DNA of 64,000 bases from Leucoraja ocellata. Taxonomy: Eukaryota. Made by a program: the position numbers and the translations under genes. The notes beneath the pieces were generated by a model. It did no database searches, had not been told where the DNA came from, and was given only the letters and a program-made list of their open reading frames with translations. The DNA is taken from assembly GCA_036785375.1 (NCBI GenBank), contig JAWMAR010000238.1, forward strand, positions 3,348,001 to 3,412,000, read 5' to 3'. Positions 50,474-63,251 of this stretch are shown here, piece by piece (positions within the stretch are counted from its first letter, which is position 1; every line of letters starts with the position of its first letter).

Positions 50474-50654
50474 NNNNNNNNNNNNNNNNNNNNNNNNNNN
50501 NNNNNNNNNNNNNNNNNNNNNNNNNNNNNNNNNNNNNNNNNNNNNNNNNNNNNNNNNNNNNNNNNNNNNNNNNNNNNNNNNNNNNNNNNNNNNNNNNNNN
50601 NNNNNNNNNNNNNNNNNNNNNNNNNNNNNNNNNNNNNNNNNNNNNNNNNNNNNN
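50474..50654. other. Assembly gap (~181 N)
   Basis: Run of N inside the SINE. Confidence 0.99.
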
Positions 50655-50715
50655 CGTCACACAGTCCAAAAACATACAGTTTTGTAGGTTAATTGGGTTT
50701 GGTAAAAATTGTAAA

Positions 50716-52112
50716 CATAGAAACATAGAAATTAGGTGCAGGAGTAGGCCATTCGGCCCTTCGAGCCATTCAATATGATCATGGCTGATCATCCAACTCA
50801 GTATCCCGTACCTGCCTTCTCTCCATTCCCCCTGATCCCCTTAGCCACAAGGGCCACATCTAACTCCCTCTTAAATATAGCCAATGAACTGGACTCAACT
50901 ACCCTCTGTGGCAGAGAGTTCCAGAGATTCACCACTCTCTGCGTGAAAAATGTTCTTCTCATCTCGGTTTTAAAGGATTTCCCCTTATCCTTAAGCTGTG
51001 ACCCCTTGTCCTGGACTTACCTAACATCGGGAACAATCTTCCTGCATCTAGCCTGTCCAACCCCTTAAGAATTTTGTAAGTTTCTATAAGATCCCCTCTC
51101 AATCTTCTAAATTCTAGAGAGTATAAACCAAGTCTATCCAGTCTTTCCTCATAAGACAGTCCTGACATCCCAGGAATCAGTCTGGTGAACCATCTCTGCA
51201 CTCCCTCTATGGCAATAATGTCCTTCCTCAGATTTGGAGACCAAAACTGTACGCAATACTCCAGGTGTGGTCTCACCAAGACCCTGTACAACTGCAGTAG
51301 AAACATAGAAATTAGGTGCAGGAGTAGGCCATTCGGCCCTTCGAGCCATTCAATATGATCATGGCTGATCATCCAACTCAGTATCCCGTACCTGCCTTCT
51401 CTCCATTCCCCCTGATCCCCTTAGCCACAAGGGCCACATCTAACTCCCTCTTAAATATAGCCAATGAACTGGACTCAACTACCCTCTGTGGCAGAGAGTT
51501 CCAGAGATTCACCACTCTCTGCGTGAAAAATGTTCTTCTCATCTCGGTTTTAAAGGATTTCCCCTTATCCTTAAGCTGTGACCCCTTGTCCTGGACTTCC
51601 CTAACATCGGGAACAATCTTCCTGCATCTAGCCTGTCCAACCCCTTAAGAATTTTGTAAGTTTCTATAAGATCCCCTCTCAATCTTCTAAATTCTAGAGA
51701 GTATAAACCAAGTCTATCCAGTCTTTCCTCATAAGACAGTCCTGACATCCCAGGAATCAGTCTGGTGAACCATCTCTGCACTCCCTCTATGGCAATAATG
51801 TCCTTCCTCAGATTTGGAGACCAAAACTGTACGCAATACTCCAGGTGTGGTCTCACCAAGACCCTGTACAACTGCAGTAGAACCTCCCTGCTCCTATACT
51901 CAAATCCTTTTGCAATGAAAGCTAACATACCATTCGCTTTCTTTACTGCCTGCTGCACCTGCATGCCTACCTTCAATGACTGGTGTACCATGACACCCAG
52001 GTCTCGCTGCATCTCCCCCTTTCCCAATCGGCCACCATTTAGATAATAGTCTGCTTTCCCGTTTTTGCCACCAAAATGGATAACCTCACATTTATCCACA
52101 TTATACTGCATC
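50716..52112 (-). mobile_element. Young CR1-type LINE with tandemly duplicated 580-bp 3' end
   Basis: ORF 51539-52210 carries the CR1 ORF2 C-terminus. About 50719-51298 is repeated at 51299-51878. Confidence 0.92.
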
Positions 52113-53239
52113 TTGCACCTGCAAATTGGCCGTAGTGTGTAGGATAGTGTTAGTGTACGGGGATCGCTGGTTGACACAGACTCGGTGGGCCGAAGGGCCT
52201 GTTTGCACATTTTATCTCTAAACTAAATTAAAGTAAACTATACCAAAATGCTATTATTTAAACCACTGAATCACTCAAGCTCCTACACCTCATGTTATAC
52301 TTCAAATCTTCCATAAAATTCATGTTTGACATTCAGGTTTACGGATCCCCATGACACTGTGTTATTTTTTTATTTCTTCTGAATTCCCTTTCGACACACA
52401 ACCATCAATTATTAATCATCATGCTCCCTATCGAAGCTGATGTGTGGCCATTCCCTCAATTTCACTTGCAATATTTCACAATCAATATTTCTTTATTTGT
52501 ATTATACCACGTAGTCATCTGCGTCTTATCAGATATCACCTTGGTGCAGTAACCTAAATCTTCATGTTTTTATTTTATAATTCACATTGATGGAATAAAG
52601 AATTCAGTCTACTTTTCGCATTGGAATAATGGCCATCACAGTTGAACGCTGATTGATCTACTTTTGCTTTATTTGCATAACTATTCAGCGACATGAACAC
52701 AGATGGTGGCAGATTGCCTACAGCATCTATAAGAGTATCATTAAAATGTGCTTTTGCAATAAAATCGGGAAACAAGTTCTAGATACATTTCTGCATCTAT
52801 CAAGCCTTGTGCATGATTCTGCATTGATGAGGTAAATCGACTCTAGTTCCCTTAAAATGATTTACGTTGTTTTTTTAATGTCACTTTTCCCCTTCCGAGT
52901 TCCTTTTATAGTACATTTCATTGATACAGAATTTGAGCCAAGGAAAAAACAACACTATTTCAGCTGCAGCACGGAGATAAATCCATTTACAGAAACAAAT
53001 TATTGCAGCACCAAAACTAACACTTACATTCTGTGTACATGTGATGAAGAAATGATGATAATCGAGAAAAAAAGATGCACATGAACGTATGCAGGGATCA
53101 CCCATCATCTAAAGATCATATGAAATATTTGAGTCCATCATACAAAACGGCAAATAAATGAAACCAATTCCTCAAGAGAAATTGAGAAAGAAGATTGGTG
53201 AATTTTGTATAATTGACGAAAAATCAAATTATGATACGT

Positions 53240-53415
53240 TAGACACAAAATACTGTAGTAGCTCAGCGGAATAGGCAGCATCTCTGGGGAGAAGGAATGG
53301 TGATGTTTTGGGCTGAGACCCTTCTTCAGACTGAGAGTCAGGGGAGAGAGAGACATATAGATATGGAAGGGTAAGGTGTGAAAATGAGAGATCAAAGTGG
53401 AGGTGGATCAAGGAA
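53240..53415 (-). mobile_element. Penelope-like pLTR fragment
   Basis: agacacaaaatactg...gcagcatctc...gagacccttcttcagactga. Confidence 0.75.
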
Positions 53416-53730
53416 ATATTTTGTTAAAAAATTATATGTTTTGGAAGACCATGGTTCAATATCTTCTTATTTTATGTTGCTATAATGTCATTAAAGTATG
53501 GCTTGTGGCAGAGCCTTAAGACCTCATAATTTTTGGGATCAAGTCTGATTCCAGATAGTCATTATAAAGTTCCAGGCTGACAATTCTGCCACATAAAGAG
53601 AAGTTTGCATTTAGAGCATAGTAAGATCCTTTTGAGCAGATGCTAAGCAGCTCACTTGGCACCTGTAGGTGGATGTCTGTGCTTCCATGACAATATCTTG
53701 AAGCTGAGCTTGGAGTTATCCGTTTTGGTA

Positions 53731-56700
53731 ATTTTTTTTTTAATCAAAATCTTTTTAATTTAGTTTTCAGGACATAACAAAGTGCAAAGTTGTCTATTTG
53801 TTACAGTGTACGAAAAGAATAAATAAAAAACAACTTATGCTAACATATAACAAGACAACAACAATAAAAGATAAATGAGATACCAAAAATAACCCCTCCC
53901 CAGTCACTGCCAGTGAGCATATGCAAATATCAGCCTGTCACAACAATAATCCACGATAAATGAATGGGTAGACTGTTAAGCTGTTAAACTGTGCTTGATG
54001 ATCAAGCATTTATAAAGTCTGGAATGCATTTAAAAAAGGTCCCCACGCTTTCTGAAACCTTCCATTTGAATGTTGAAGTGAGTACCTGATTTTCTCGAGC
54101 TTTAGGCAGGATATAATATCTGTCAGCCATTGAGTATGAGTGGGCGGGGTAGGTTCCGTCCACCTGAGCAGGATTGTTCACCGAGCAGAAGAGAAGCAAA
54201 TGATATAGTGCGGCGTTTATCTACAGTTAATCTAACCTCCTCACCAGTGACCCCAAAAAGAGCGATTATGAAAGACCTCTAGCCAGAACTTGTTAAGGCT
54301 GGGGCATGACCAATACATATGGATAAGAGAGGCTTCAGAAATGTTACATTTAACACAGAATGGACTAACCTCAGGGTAAAAAGTAGATAATTTGGCTTTT
54401 GAGATATGAGCCCTATGTACCACTTTGAATTGAATCAGACAGTGACAAGGAGTGGCATAGAGAGGTGGAATTAACCAGTTTAAGAATGGCACTCCATGTA
54501 TCTTCCGAGAGAGAGGAGCCCAAGTCTTCCTCCCATGCTGCGTTGCGCTTGTCCATGAGGGCGCGCCTTAGATCCAACACCCTGCCATGTAAAGCTGAGA
54601 CAAGTCTGCTCTGAGATGGGTTTAAAGAAAGAACTGTATCAACAAAGGTTGTGTCTGTTGGTATAAAAGAGCTGGGCAGTTTATAGAACACATAATGTCT
54701 TGTTTGCAGGTATCGGAAAAAATCTGACTTTGGAAGATTGAATTTGTTGCTTAATTGTTCAAATGATGCTACAGTGTTACCCATAAGCAGGTCCTTGAAG
54801 CGCACAATACCCTTCCTAAGCCATTCTTTAAAGCCAGGGTCCTGAGTTGATGGTTTAAAAAGGTGGTTTGATGCAATAGGGCTCAGTAAAGAAAAGTTAT
54901 GCAACCCAAAACATTTCCTGAATTGAACCCATATCCTCAAAGAGTGTTTAACCACTGGATTTTTTTACAGATTTAATTGAGGGGAGTGGAAGTGTGGAAC
55001 CAAGTAGTGCAGGTATGGACATATTATCACCTGTGTGTAATTCCATGGCTACCCAGTCAGGGCAATCGGGCTGGCTGTGAAAGAAAGACCAAAATACAAG
55101 GCAGCGCGGGTTAGCAGCCCAATAATAAAAGCGAAAATTTGGGAGAGCCAGGCCACCGGCAGCCTTGGTTTTTTGAAGGTGGGTCTTATTAAGACGAGGT
55201 CGCTTAGTTCTCCATATATAGGAGGAAATAACTGAGTCAAGATGGTCAAAAAAGGACCTGGGGATAAAAACCGGTAAAGTCTGAAAAAGGTACAAAAATT
55301 GTCATTTTGATTGAATTTATCCGGCCGACAAGTGACATTGACAAGGGTGACCACTGTGTTAGCGTCTGTTTGATCTGGTTTAACAGAATGATTAAAATTC
55401 TCTTTGAAAAGATCCTTGTATTTCCTCGTAACTGAAATGCCCAAATATGAGAGCTTGTTTTTTTTTCAATTTTGAATGGCGTTGGTAAGATCCGAGGGTT
55501 GTACTTCATAGTTAATGGGAAACAATTAGCTTTTTCCAAGATTTATCTTATAACCTGAAAATTGACCAAAATTATTGAGCAGTGACATTGCAGAATGCAG
55601 AGAGGTGCCTGGGTTTGAGACAAAAAGCAAAAGGTCGTCAGCATATAGTGAGACCTTATGTTGTGTACTGCCCCTCCAAATACCAGCTATGTCCTCACAG
55701 CTGCGAAAGGCCATGGCAAGTGGTTTGATGGCCAAGTCAAAAAGCATGGGGCTCAGAGGACACCCCTGGCGGGTTCCATGATGCAAGTCAAACGGCTTGG
55801 ACAACGGGAATTAGTCCGAACTGAGGCTGTGGGATGAGAGTACAGTAACCTGATCCATGAAACAAAGTTTGTTCCAAAACCAAATTTGTCCAGAACAGCC
55901 CATAGATAGACCCACTCAACGCGATTGAATGCTTTTTCTGCATCAATAGATACGACACACTCAGGGACATCCTCAGAAGCAGAGTAGACAATGTCTAATA
56001 ATCGACGTATGTTAAAGAAGGAATATCTGCTCTTAATAAAGCCGGTTTGTTTCTCAGATATAACAGTAGGGAGGGCATTCTCTAGTCTACATGCTAGAAC
56101 CTTAGATAAAATCCATGTTTAGAAGGGAGACGGCCTACTATCATTCCAAAAATTACAATTAAAATTTAAATTGAAAAACAACCAATATTTTAAATATCTT
56201 CAGATTTGCGATTTCATGAAAAAATATATACAAGGATATCAAAAAAGTAACTCCTGACATTGGAAGAACAAAATGAATATTGAAGCTGACACAAAAATTA
56301 ATATCATATTTATATAATAGTATTCTACATATAGACCTACCATCGACAGAGGTACTTAAAGAAGTGGGAACGGGAACTAATGATAAAAATTACGAAGGTT
56401 AAATGGGAAAAATACTTGATATATATATATTCACAAATGTTCAATTAATGCAAGACATAATCTAATACAATTTAAAATTGTACATAGATTATATTATTCA
56501 AAAACAAGATTGAACAAATTTTATCCAAATATATCCGCCACTTGTGATAAATGTCTAGCCCAAAAGGCAACTATAACACACTCCTTAGTTTCCTGCATAA
56601 AACTTTATAGATTTTGGAATTATATTTTTGAAATATTTACAAAATTATTCAAGACAAGAATGGAACCTAATACTGAAATTATTATATTTGGCGTAATGGA

Positions 56701-57990
56701 AGATGGGAATAAATTGAACACATCTCAAAATCTATTCCTTAACTATGGTTTAATAATAGCAAAAAAATTAATACTTAAATTTTGGAAGGGTACATCAATA
56801 CCAACGCTTAAAATGTGGATTGCAAGTATGTTGGACACCGCTCATCTTGAGGAAATGCGATTCCTCCTAATGGATAAATCAGACCAATTCATAACGAGTT
56901 GGTCTCCATTCGTCGTTTTTTTGGAATCATATGGTGCAACACAATTGTAAAAAATAACTGTTTCAGGACTGGACGAGGGTTGGTCAAGATTATAAATAAT
57001 GATCTCCTTTTCTTTTTTATTTTATTTTCTTTTCTCTATTTTCTCTCTCAACTTTCTTCATTTACTCGTTTTCTTTCTTCACACACTATATATTTCAAAT
57101 CTTTCTATCCTTTACTATCTAACTTCTTTTTCTTATTCTAATCTTTTTTCAATGTAACAAAAAAAAAAAAGAAGTTGTACATAAAATGTATTATGAAAAT
57201 ATATATTAGGCACTTTGGTGCCATATGACTGTACTTACTTCTAATAAAATTTAAAAAAATTTAAAAAAAGAAGGTCTGTAGGAGGCGCATTCAGTTGGAT
57301 CTTTCCCTTTTTTGGCGATAAGAGTAATACAGACTTCGGCAAAAGATGGAGGAAGAGAACCTTGTCTGTAGGATTCAGATAGAACGGAACACAACTGTGG
57401 GGAAAGGAGTAGAGAGAACTTAAAAAAAAACTCTGCCAGGAAGCCGTCAGGGCCCGGACATTTGCCTGATTGCATTGAGGAAATGGCTGAAGCTATTTCT
57501 GCCTGTGATATAGGTTCATCCAATCTTTCCCTAAAATTTAATGAGAGTTTGGGATTATTTAGACTGCTCAGGAAGTCATGCATTACCTTATGATCCGGTT
57601 GAGATTCTGAAGTATAAAGCTGGGAATAAAGGTCTCTGAAAGCGTCATTAATTTGCAAGTGATCCGAAGTGGACTGGCCATTAGGCATGCGGATTTTAGA
57701 AATATTCTCTCGCTTTAGCACCTTTAAGTTGATTTGCAAGTAATTTGTCTGTTTTATCTCCATATGTATAAAACATGGCTTTATTTTTTTTAAGTATGTG
57801 TTCAATTGAGTGAGTAGTGAGTAGGTCAAATTCGGTTTTGTGTTCCAATCGTCTTTTATAAAGAGTTGGATTTTGAGTTTGCGCTTATTGCTTGTCAATT
57901 TCTCCAATTTGATGAGCAAGATCTAAACGCTCTTTATTGGATTTCCGCTTCATTTGAGCAGTGTAAGATATGATCTTCCCCCTAAGGTAA
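53731..57990 (-). mobile_element. L1-clade LINE (5'-truncated ORF2, frameshifted), split by a nested L1
   Basis: SMQSGKCPGPDGF and ECASYRP (57251-57919); GTRQGCPLSP and SLYADDLLLF (55526-55804); GGLALPNF.FYYWAA; Cys-rich C..C....HMYWSCP. Poly-T (minus-strand tail) at about 53731. Confidence 0.92.
56131..57270 (+). mobile_element. AT-rich L1-clade LINE 3' portion inserted antisense in the host L1
   Basis: IQFKIVHRLY, CDKC...HSLVSC..L..FW and WSPF C-terminus (ORF 56510-56950). T-rich 3' UTR, AATAAA and A-rich tail at about 57243-57269. Confidence 0.88.
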
Positions 57991-58199
57991 ATTTTTATTA
58001 CTCAATCCACATAAAACATTAAAAAAAAACGTAAACATTACAATTTTGTTATTTTGGGGAGCTTGCTGTGTTCACATTGAGTGCTGCTTTTCATATTTTT
58101 CAAAGGTGACTGCACTTAAAAAAGTATTATATTGGCTGGAAAGCACTTTGAGATGTCATAACAGGATGAATTACCATATACAGATACATGCCTTTGTAT

Positions 58200-59105
58200 C
58201 TTAGGAAGGAAATACATAGACAACATTTTGGGTTATGACTCTTCTTCAGACTGCTGGACGAGAGAAGAAAGTTGATAAAAAGTTGATAGAAAGAGGTGAG
58301 AGGAAGGGATAAGGCAAAAGCTAGCTAGTGATAGGTGAATCCGTGGGGAGAGGTTTAATTCACCTTCCCAGTCCCAAACGGACCTGTGTTGTCCTCTGCC
58401 TCCTCCACTGCCAGAGTGAGGCCATGTGCAGTCTGGATAAACAAGGCCTCATATTCTGTATAGGTGGCCTACAAACCAATGGCATGAACATTGAATTCTC
58501 TTATTCCAAACACCCCCCTCCTTCTTGGAATAGGAATAGGAATACTTTATTGTCACATGTGACTAGGCACAGAGAGTATTTGCTTGCATACACAATGTAT
58601 AGAAATAGCAGCCACTTACGGCGCTGGCAAAGTTACAAAGCATGCCGGCTCTCGCGTTTGTCCCCACCCCCCCCCCCCCCCACCGCCACAGCAGTTCCCC
58701 TACACCGGGTCCCCATTGTCCTTTGTCCCCCCCCTCCCCCCCCCCCCCCCCCCACCGCCACAGCAGTTCCCCTACACCGGGTCCCCATTGTCCTTTTTCC
58801 CCTCCCTCCCCCCCCCCCCCCCCCACCGCCACAGCAGTTCCCCTACACCGGGTCCCCATTGTCCTTTGTCCCCCCCCCCCCCACCACCACAGCAGTTCCC
58901 CTACACCGGGTACCCATTGTCCTTTGTCCCCCCCCATTGCCCATTGTTCATCCCCTCTCCCCTCACGGTGCCCCCCCTCCCCTCACATCTTTCCATGTAC
59001 CTAGTTCTCCTCCCCACCCTGCCCCCATCTGACCTTATTTTCCACTCCTTCCTGCATTTCTCCAGCATTTTGTTTGTTGCTCAAGATTCCACCAGCTCTG
59101 TCTTT
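58200..59105 (+). mobile_element. Decayed Penelope-like fragment (inverted 5' pLTR, GIY-YIG tail) with nested insert
   Basis: LIFCIGGLQTNGMNIEFS resembles the PLE C-terminus. Inverted core at about 58220-58252; pLTR end at about 59055-59105. Confidence 0.6.
58665..58940. repeat. Minisatellite: 4 copies of CACCGCCACAGCAGTTCCCCTACACCGGGTCCCCATTGTCCTTTGT separated by poly-C
   Basis: Directly visible. It lies inside a minus-strand element with a gacaataaa/(TATTCC)n tail at about 58527-58565. Confidence 0.9.
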
Positions 59106-60779
59106 GTCGTTTTGTTTTCCATTCACGGAGCTTGAAAAGTATGACATCTATCATTTCAAATGAAAGTTCTCATTTTATGTCAACAGCTGCTGGTATTTTT
59201 AAATTGCAGTGCATTTTCCACTCTTCTCCCATGAGTTCACAGGTAAGATTTTAGTTACATTTTCACTGGAGCATGACCCATCTTGTGATAAGTCTCAGAT
59301 GTGTTCGTTTACATTATTACTGACAATGAGCTTTTCTGATTATACTCCACAGACTAATTGTTCTTGTATTACAAATGAACATTTTGTAAATTCAGATCCG
59401 AAACAATGCTCACATTGCTTGTGATTCTGCTGCTGATGATTTTGGGGTGAATAAATAGATTGTTAACACTAATCACATCAAAGGAGCAATTCCGAACACT
59501 TTAATAACATCCTTGCTCAATCAGCAACACACATGCCTCTGACTCGGAAAAAACCCCAGCTCTTAGTGTTATTGTAATCTCCAGCACATAACTGAGGCTG
59601 ATACTGCAGGGCTGAGCAAGTATCACATTTGCCAACATGTTAATTGAATGTTCTATTTATTTGAGTGCATGGGAGGATGTAAGATGTCCCATGATATTAT
59701 TTGGAAACAAGAAGTTCCAAACTAACGACCCACCCTCAATCAACACGATCAAAAAGAGAATCTTTCCCCACATTTCAATTGTGTGACCTAGCTTGCAGAA
59801 ATTTTTTGACTTACATTTGTCTACCAAAATGAAAGTGACTATAATTTAAGAGTAATTTGTAGTTTGTGTCATGAACTGACATGCTGCCACATGACATCAC
59901 AGTGGAGAAAGGATTCAAAGATTGCTGGTCGGTGCGGACTCAGTGGGCTGGAGTGCCAGTTTCCATGCTGTACCTCTAAACTAAACTAAGATGCCAGCAA
60001 ATAAGGTGAGTTCCCTGCTAACCCTTATCTCAGCATGTGCAGTCTGATGTTTTAATGCTAAAACTCACGGGTGAATTTTAATAGTTGAGACCCAAACAAA
60101 GACCAACCCTCTTCTGATGCTGATGATTGAGCTGTTAATTTTTTTGGGGGTTGAGCCTTGTTGTCTTCAAGCCAACCAACTGCAAACACTTTGGCCAGCG
60201 ACATCAATCAATTTATGTCATGTTCGCACTGAGCTGATGACTGGAGCAAATTGTGTTTAATTCCCCAAGGGAAATTTTAAACGGCAGGATTTGACTCTGG
60301 GATTCGATTGTGGAAAGATCCTCACGTAGAATATTATTTGACAAATACACAGCACTACAAAGGCTCTGCTACCCTCTTGAATACAAATTACTTCCCTTTC
60401 ATTAACATGCATATGGTTTGTCATCAAAAGTGCACTTCAGGCAAGTCTGTGGACACTTTTCCAAAAGTTCAATAATGCTATCATGTTGCACCAAACCTCC
60501 ACCCTCCTGACCATTGACCCTGCACTGCAAAGAAGAAGGTTGCCCGGATACCAAAGACTATATTTGGTTCATGACTCCTCCTGCTATTTCATGTTTGATG
60601 AGCAAAATGTATTGCCACTTTATTCTTGGTAGAATCTGAAAGTTAATTGAATGAACAATTCTCTGCCTAGGTTCAGATTTAGGTTTACTATCGTCATGTG
60701 CACCAAGGTAAAGTGAAACGCTTTGTTTTGCATGCTATTCAAATAGATCAGATGTACTATATATAAGAACAATCCAGTT

Positions 60780-60980
60780 AGCTAGCTCTCCTTAGATCCC
60801 ATGTGATCTAACCTCCCCGAGCAGCCTGCCATGAGGAACCTTGTCAAATGCCTTGCTGAAATCCATAAATACAACATCAACAGCTCTGCCCTCTTCAACC
60901 TTTTTTGTCACATCTTGAAAAACTCAATCAGATATGATCTCCTATGTACAAAACCATGCTGACTATCCCTAATGAACCAT
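60780..60980 (-). mobile_element. Decayed CR1 RT fragment
   Basis: DSQHGFVHRRSYLIEFF and DVVFMDFSKAFDKVPHGRL on the minus strand. Confidence 0.75.
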
Positions 60981-63251
60981 GCCCATCTATATGCATGTAC
61001 AACTGCAGCAAAGAATGTGCAGCATGTGCAGCAAAGAGTTAGGAGATACAAGGAATGCATTTCATTGGGAATCATACAGATCCCCTTTTGGAGCTTGATC
61101 CTGAGTGTAAATCGCTCTAATGCTGTTTCACATTGGAGTTTGGCTGATATGGGCATTGGCAATAACACAAAATCAGGTTTCAGCCGCAACAGATTTAAGT
61201 ACAAACTAGTTTATTGGGAATGGAACCACAAATTAATAGGTGACCATCACTTTGATGAGGAAAATGATACTGGAGTGTTAAAGAGTTGTGTGGAAGCAGG
61301 AGACCAGCAGGTTTAGTCCACAGCTAGAGGTCTTTGACAGCAGCTCATTCAACATTACCTCTGGTGAGCAATCCTTGATCTTGTATACTTGTCACATGTC
61401 AGGCAGTGTAAACAGCTATTATACTCTGCACACTCTCATTTCAACAAGGTTCATAATATTGCTCTCTTAAATAAATAGCAACAATTTGTTAGTCCAGGTA
61501 TTAACCCATAATACCTCTCTTATCCGGTCTTTTAAGTTGTTGTTCCCGCTAGATGCCTCCTGATGGCCTCAGCTTGTGCAATGCAAGGAGACTGCAGTTC
61601 AGATGGGGAAGTGGTTTCAGTAGAGGCAAGATAAGACAACCAATGGGCTGTAATGATGAAGCCAGAAAGAGCCCCTCTGGCCCTCCTGCATCCTCATTAT
61701 AAAAAATGAAAAAACAGTCTCCAGGAGTCCATAATCCATCACTGATTAGTTGTTTGGCCTTACTATATTTTGGACCATGAACAGGATTTGAATCACTGAT
61801 TACCACAATCACAATACTTTGGGAGTGAGGTAGATGGAAATGTCAAACAATGAGCAACTCATCTGAAAATGGAATGGATTCCCTCAATGTAAAGTTTACA
61901 CCTAAAACACAAGCATCAAAGTGATCAATTCCTTTCCTTTTATACAGGATGATACTGATGGACACATCCACCTTGGCTGAGAGAGCATTTGGCATTAGTG
62001 AACCACAACCAATTGCTAAATGCTATTAAGTTTATGTTTCAAAATCCAGGCCAGTTTAGCCAGGGACCTTCATGGTTTGAGTTTACAGTAATTCGTCTTC
62101 TGTTTCATGAATAAGATTTAGAAAAAGAGAAAGCTCACTATTTATTATTTTGTTTATTGACAAATGTAGAGAATATATATTATACTGTGTACACCTCTAT
62201 TTTATAAAATTTGCTTTTTATTGGTTCAAATCCAATGCCACAATTTGAGAGATAACTTTACGAGTTTGCTGTCTGCACATGGAGAGGAAAATTCTCCTGA
62301 CAGCACGTAAAACATCCAAATATCCAGTCCAAGACTCACTGTGTTTATTCCCTGGTAATATAATATTTCTGGGAATTGGTCAGAAAAACACAAACACAAG
62401 ATCAAAGGGCATGTAAGTTCAGTTTGGATATACAGCTGTTGGTGCTGAACCAAAGGGACCATCCACTGTTAAGACAAAAAATACTGCAGGAAGTATTTAA
62501 ATAAACATTAGAAAGTATAAAAGTACACCTTTTTTGTGAACTAAATATATGTTTTCACTTCTTCTGTCTTAACCATAATGTAAAAAGTTAGGCTAATGAG
62601 AAAACAAGAAGTAGTGGAAATATCTTGTATGTATTTGGCTGTACCTATAGAAACTGCTGGATAGGACTGTTCTGGATGATCATAATGGGCTTCATCTTTG
62701 CTTTAATAAAAAGGGTAGATGAATTCAGCAAAAATTTGAAATCAATCAGATTTTCAAAATTCTCCTGGTAATTAGATTATATGGGAATGAAAACAACATT
62801 TGCACAGAATGGATTAAACAAAGGGGATATAATAAACACAAAGACATTTTGCATTCTGATGATTTTTAAAATTTTATAAACCTCACTTAGGCAAACTACA
62901 TGTTTCTGTCAACAAAATGATGTTCAAGCAGGGGGAAGCTAAGCAATAAATTACCACTATGATGTGCACTGGCATGACCAAATGAAAATAAAAGATGCTG
63001 GTGGCTGCAAATTCCAAAAGCAAACAATGCATTTAAGGTGTTATTATCTGTAGACGTAGCAAAAATGCCTGAATCAAAGGAACTCCTTTTGATGTTGTAA
63101 GGCAAGAAAGTCACCTTGCCGGTTTGAATTGTGGAACTCACATGAAGTGCTTATGCCTAAACGCAAATAAGTTAATGTTTTTACTATCCATGTCTGGAAT
63201 GCAGTTCTGGGATGCTGGTGTTTTACACAAAACAGCACCGTGTGAAATGTT

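Larger units (their letters stand above)
50445..52237 (+). mobile_element. tRNA-derived HE1/V-type SINE (50445-50715 + about 52123-52237) split by a CR1
   Basis: A-box-like ggtggtgcagcggtagagttgct head, gtaggttaattgg body, and resumption aaattggccgtagtgtgtagg...gggccgaagggcctgttt...ctaaactaaa. Confidence 0.75.

Noticed and set aside
30315-51648. Recurrent MIMADHPTQYPVPA ORFs suggesting a multigene family
   Set aside because: Antisense translations of CR1 3' ends.
58328-59135. Pro-rich ORFs and a CRISPR-like repeat-spacer look
   Set aside because: The spacers are just poly-C, the context is vertebrate, and there are no cas genes. It is a minisatellite.
59187-59242. Possible 56-nt cassette exon (caacag|...CAG|gtaaga)
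   Set aside because: Weak pyrimidine tract, no homology, and such pairs are common by chance.
59423-59458. DSAADDFGVNK* resembling the start of PPARGC1A exon 13
   Set aside because: No AG acceptor directly upstream, it stops after 11 codons, and it lacks KSKYDSLDFDSLL.
61948-62030. Strong-looking acceptor cctttccttttatacag
   Set aside because: In the phase required by exon 12 it hits TGA after one codon, and there is no other support.
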